NCBI GenBank assembly: GCA_049472335.1
Contig: JBLIRO010000045.1
Location: forward strand, 1-39,653
DNA length: 39,653 bases
Source of the DNA: a bacterium
Lineage (GTDB): Bacteria > SZUA-182 > DTGQ01 > JAFGSM01
Direction: 5' to 3'
The position numbers and the translations under genes are program-made. Positions 39,324 to 39,653 of the stretch are shown in pieces. The stretch's first letter is position 1. Each line of letters begins with the position of its first letter. The notes beneath the pieces were generated by a model. The model did not search any database. It was not told where the DNA came from and saw only the letters and a list, made by a program, of their open reading frames with translations.

Positions 39324-39432
39324 TGCTTGTGGATTTGTGGGTAAGTGGCCGTGTTTACGAAGTCTGTGGGAAAATTTGTTTTTTAAATTTTTCCACAGAC
39401 GGAGTGGCCACTTATCCACAAATCCACAAGCA
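39324..39432. repeat. Long inverted repeat containing DnaA-box-like 9-mers
   Basis: 27-nt outer arms (39324-39350 / 39406-39432) and 16-nt inner arms (39362-39377 / 39385-39400); perfect TTATCCACA at 39412-39420. Confidence 0.85.
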
Positions 39433-39653
39433 AACATATATGGAATAAAATAAATTCTTTTAAAATATCTATAATCTAGCTCTTATCATTTTTTGGCGTT
39501 TTTTACATATTATATGATACCTTTTCCTTTCTCATCCTTTGAGAATGGATAAATTGGAACTTTAACTTCCTGTTATACGTGGCATCCCTTAATTAAGCTT
39601 AACTCCAGGATAAATTTATTGATCTTTTATATATCAATGTTTAATCTGAAGTA

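Noticed and set aside
39433..39653. Transposase C-terminus adjoining the DnaA-box hairpin
   Set aside because: All three minus-strand frames contain stops and no transposase motif was recognisable.

Overview
Low-GC bacterial chromosomal window. Gene content (sigma54 promoters, a stand-alone spirochete/delta-type EF-G, lpxC) suggests a Gram-negative, deltaproteobacteria-like lineage; this is inference only. The left ~10.9 kb is an accessory region. It holds a tyrosine-integrase remnant, a 3'-half tRNA-Arg(CCT) att site, five type II toxin-antitoxin pairs and an IS1380 pseudogene. It also holds a decaying integron cassette array with no intI in the window (intact, collapsed and MITE-interrupted attC sites). 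The array ends in a GC-rich gingipain-family (C25) protease that has no signal peptide and carries a C-terminal Ada-like Zn domain. The rest is mostly core: response regulator + histidine kinase, dprA-topA, lpxC, speD / ornithine decarboxylase / speE, a diguanylate cyclase, NifU-C, a Ca-binding repeat lipoprotein, IS256 and IS200 remnants, ychF-fusA-ATPase, a secreted G/Y/M/Q low-complexity protein, nth, a FAD oxidoreductase and DUF502. At the right end an internally deleted GxxExxY repeat element is interrupted by a segment carrying a palindromic DnaA-box cluster, DnaA-trio-like repeats and an AT-rich tract, resembling a minimal replication origin. All calls are from reading motifs by eye; no searches were run.
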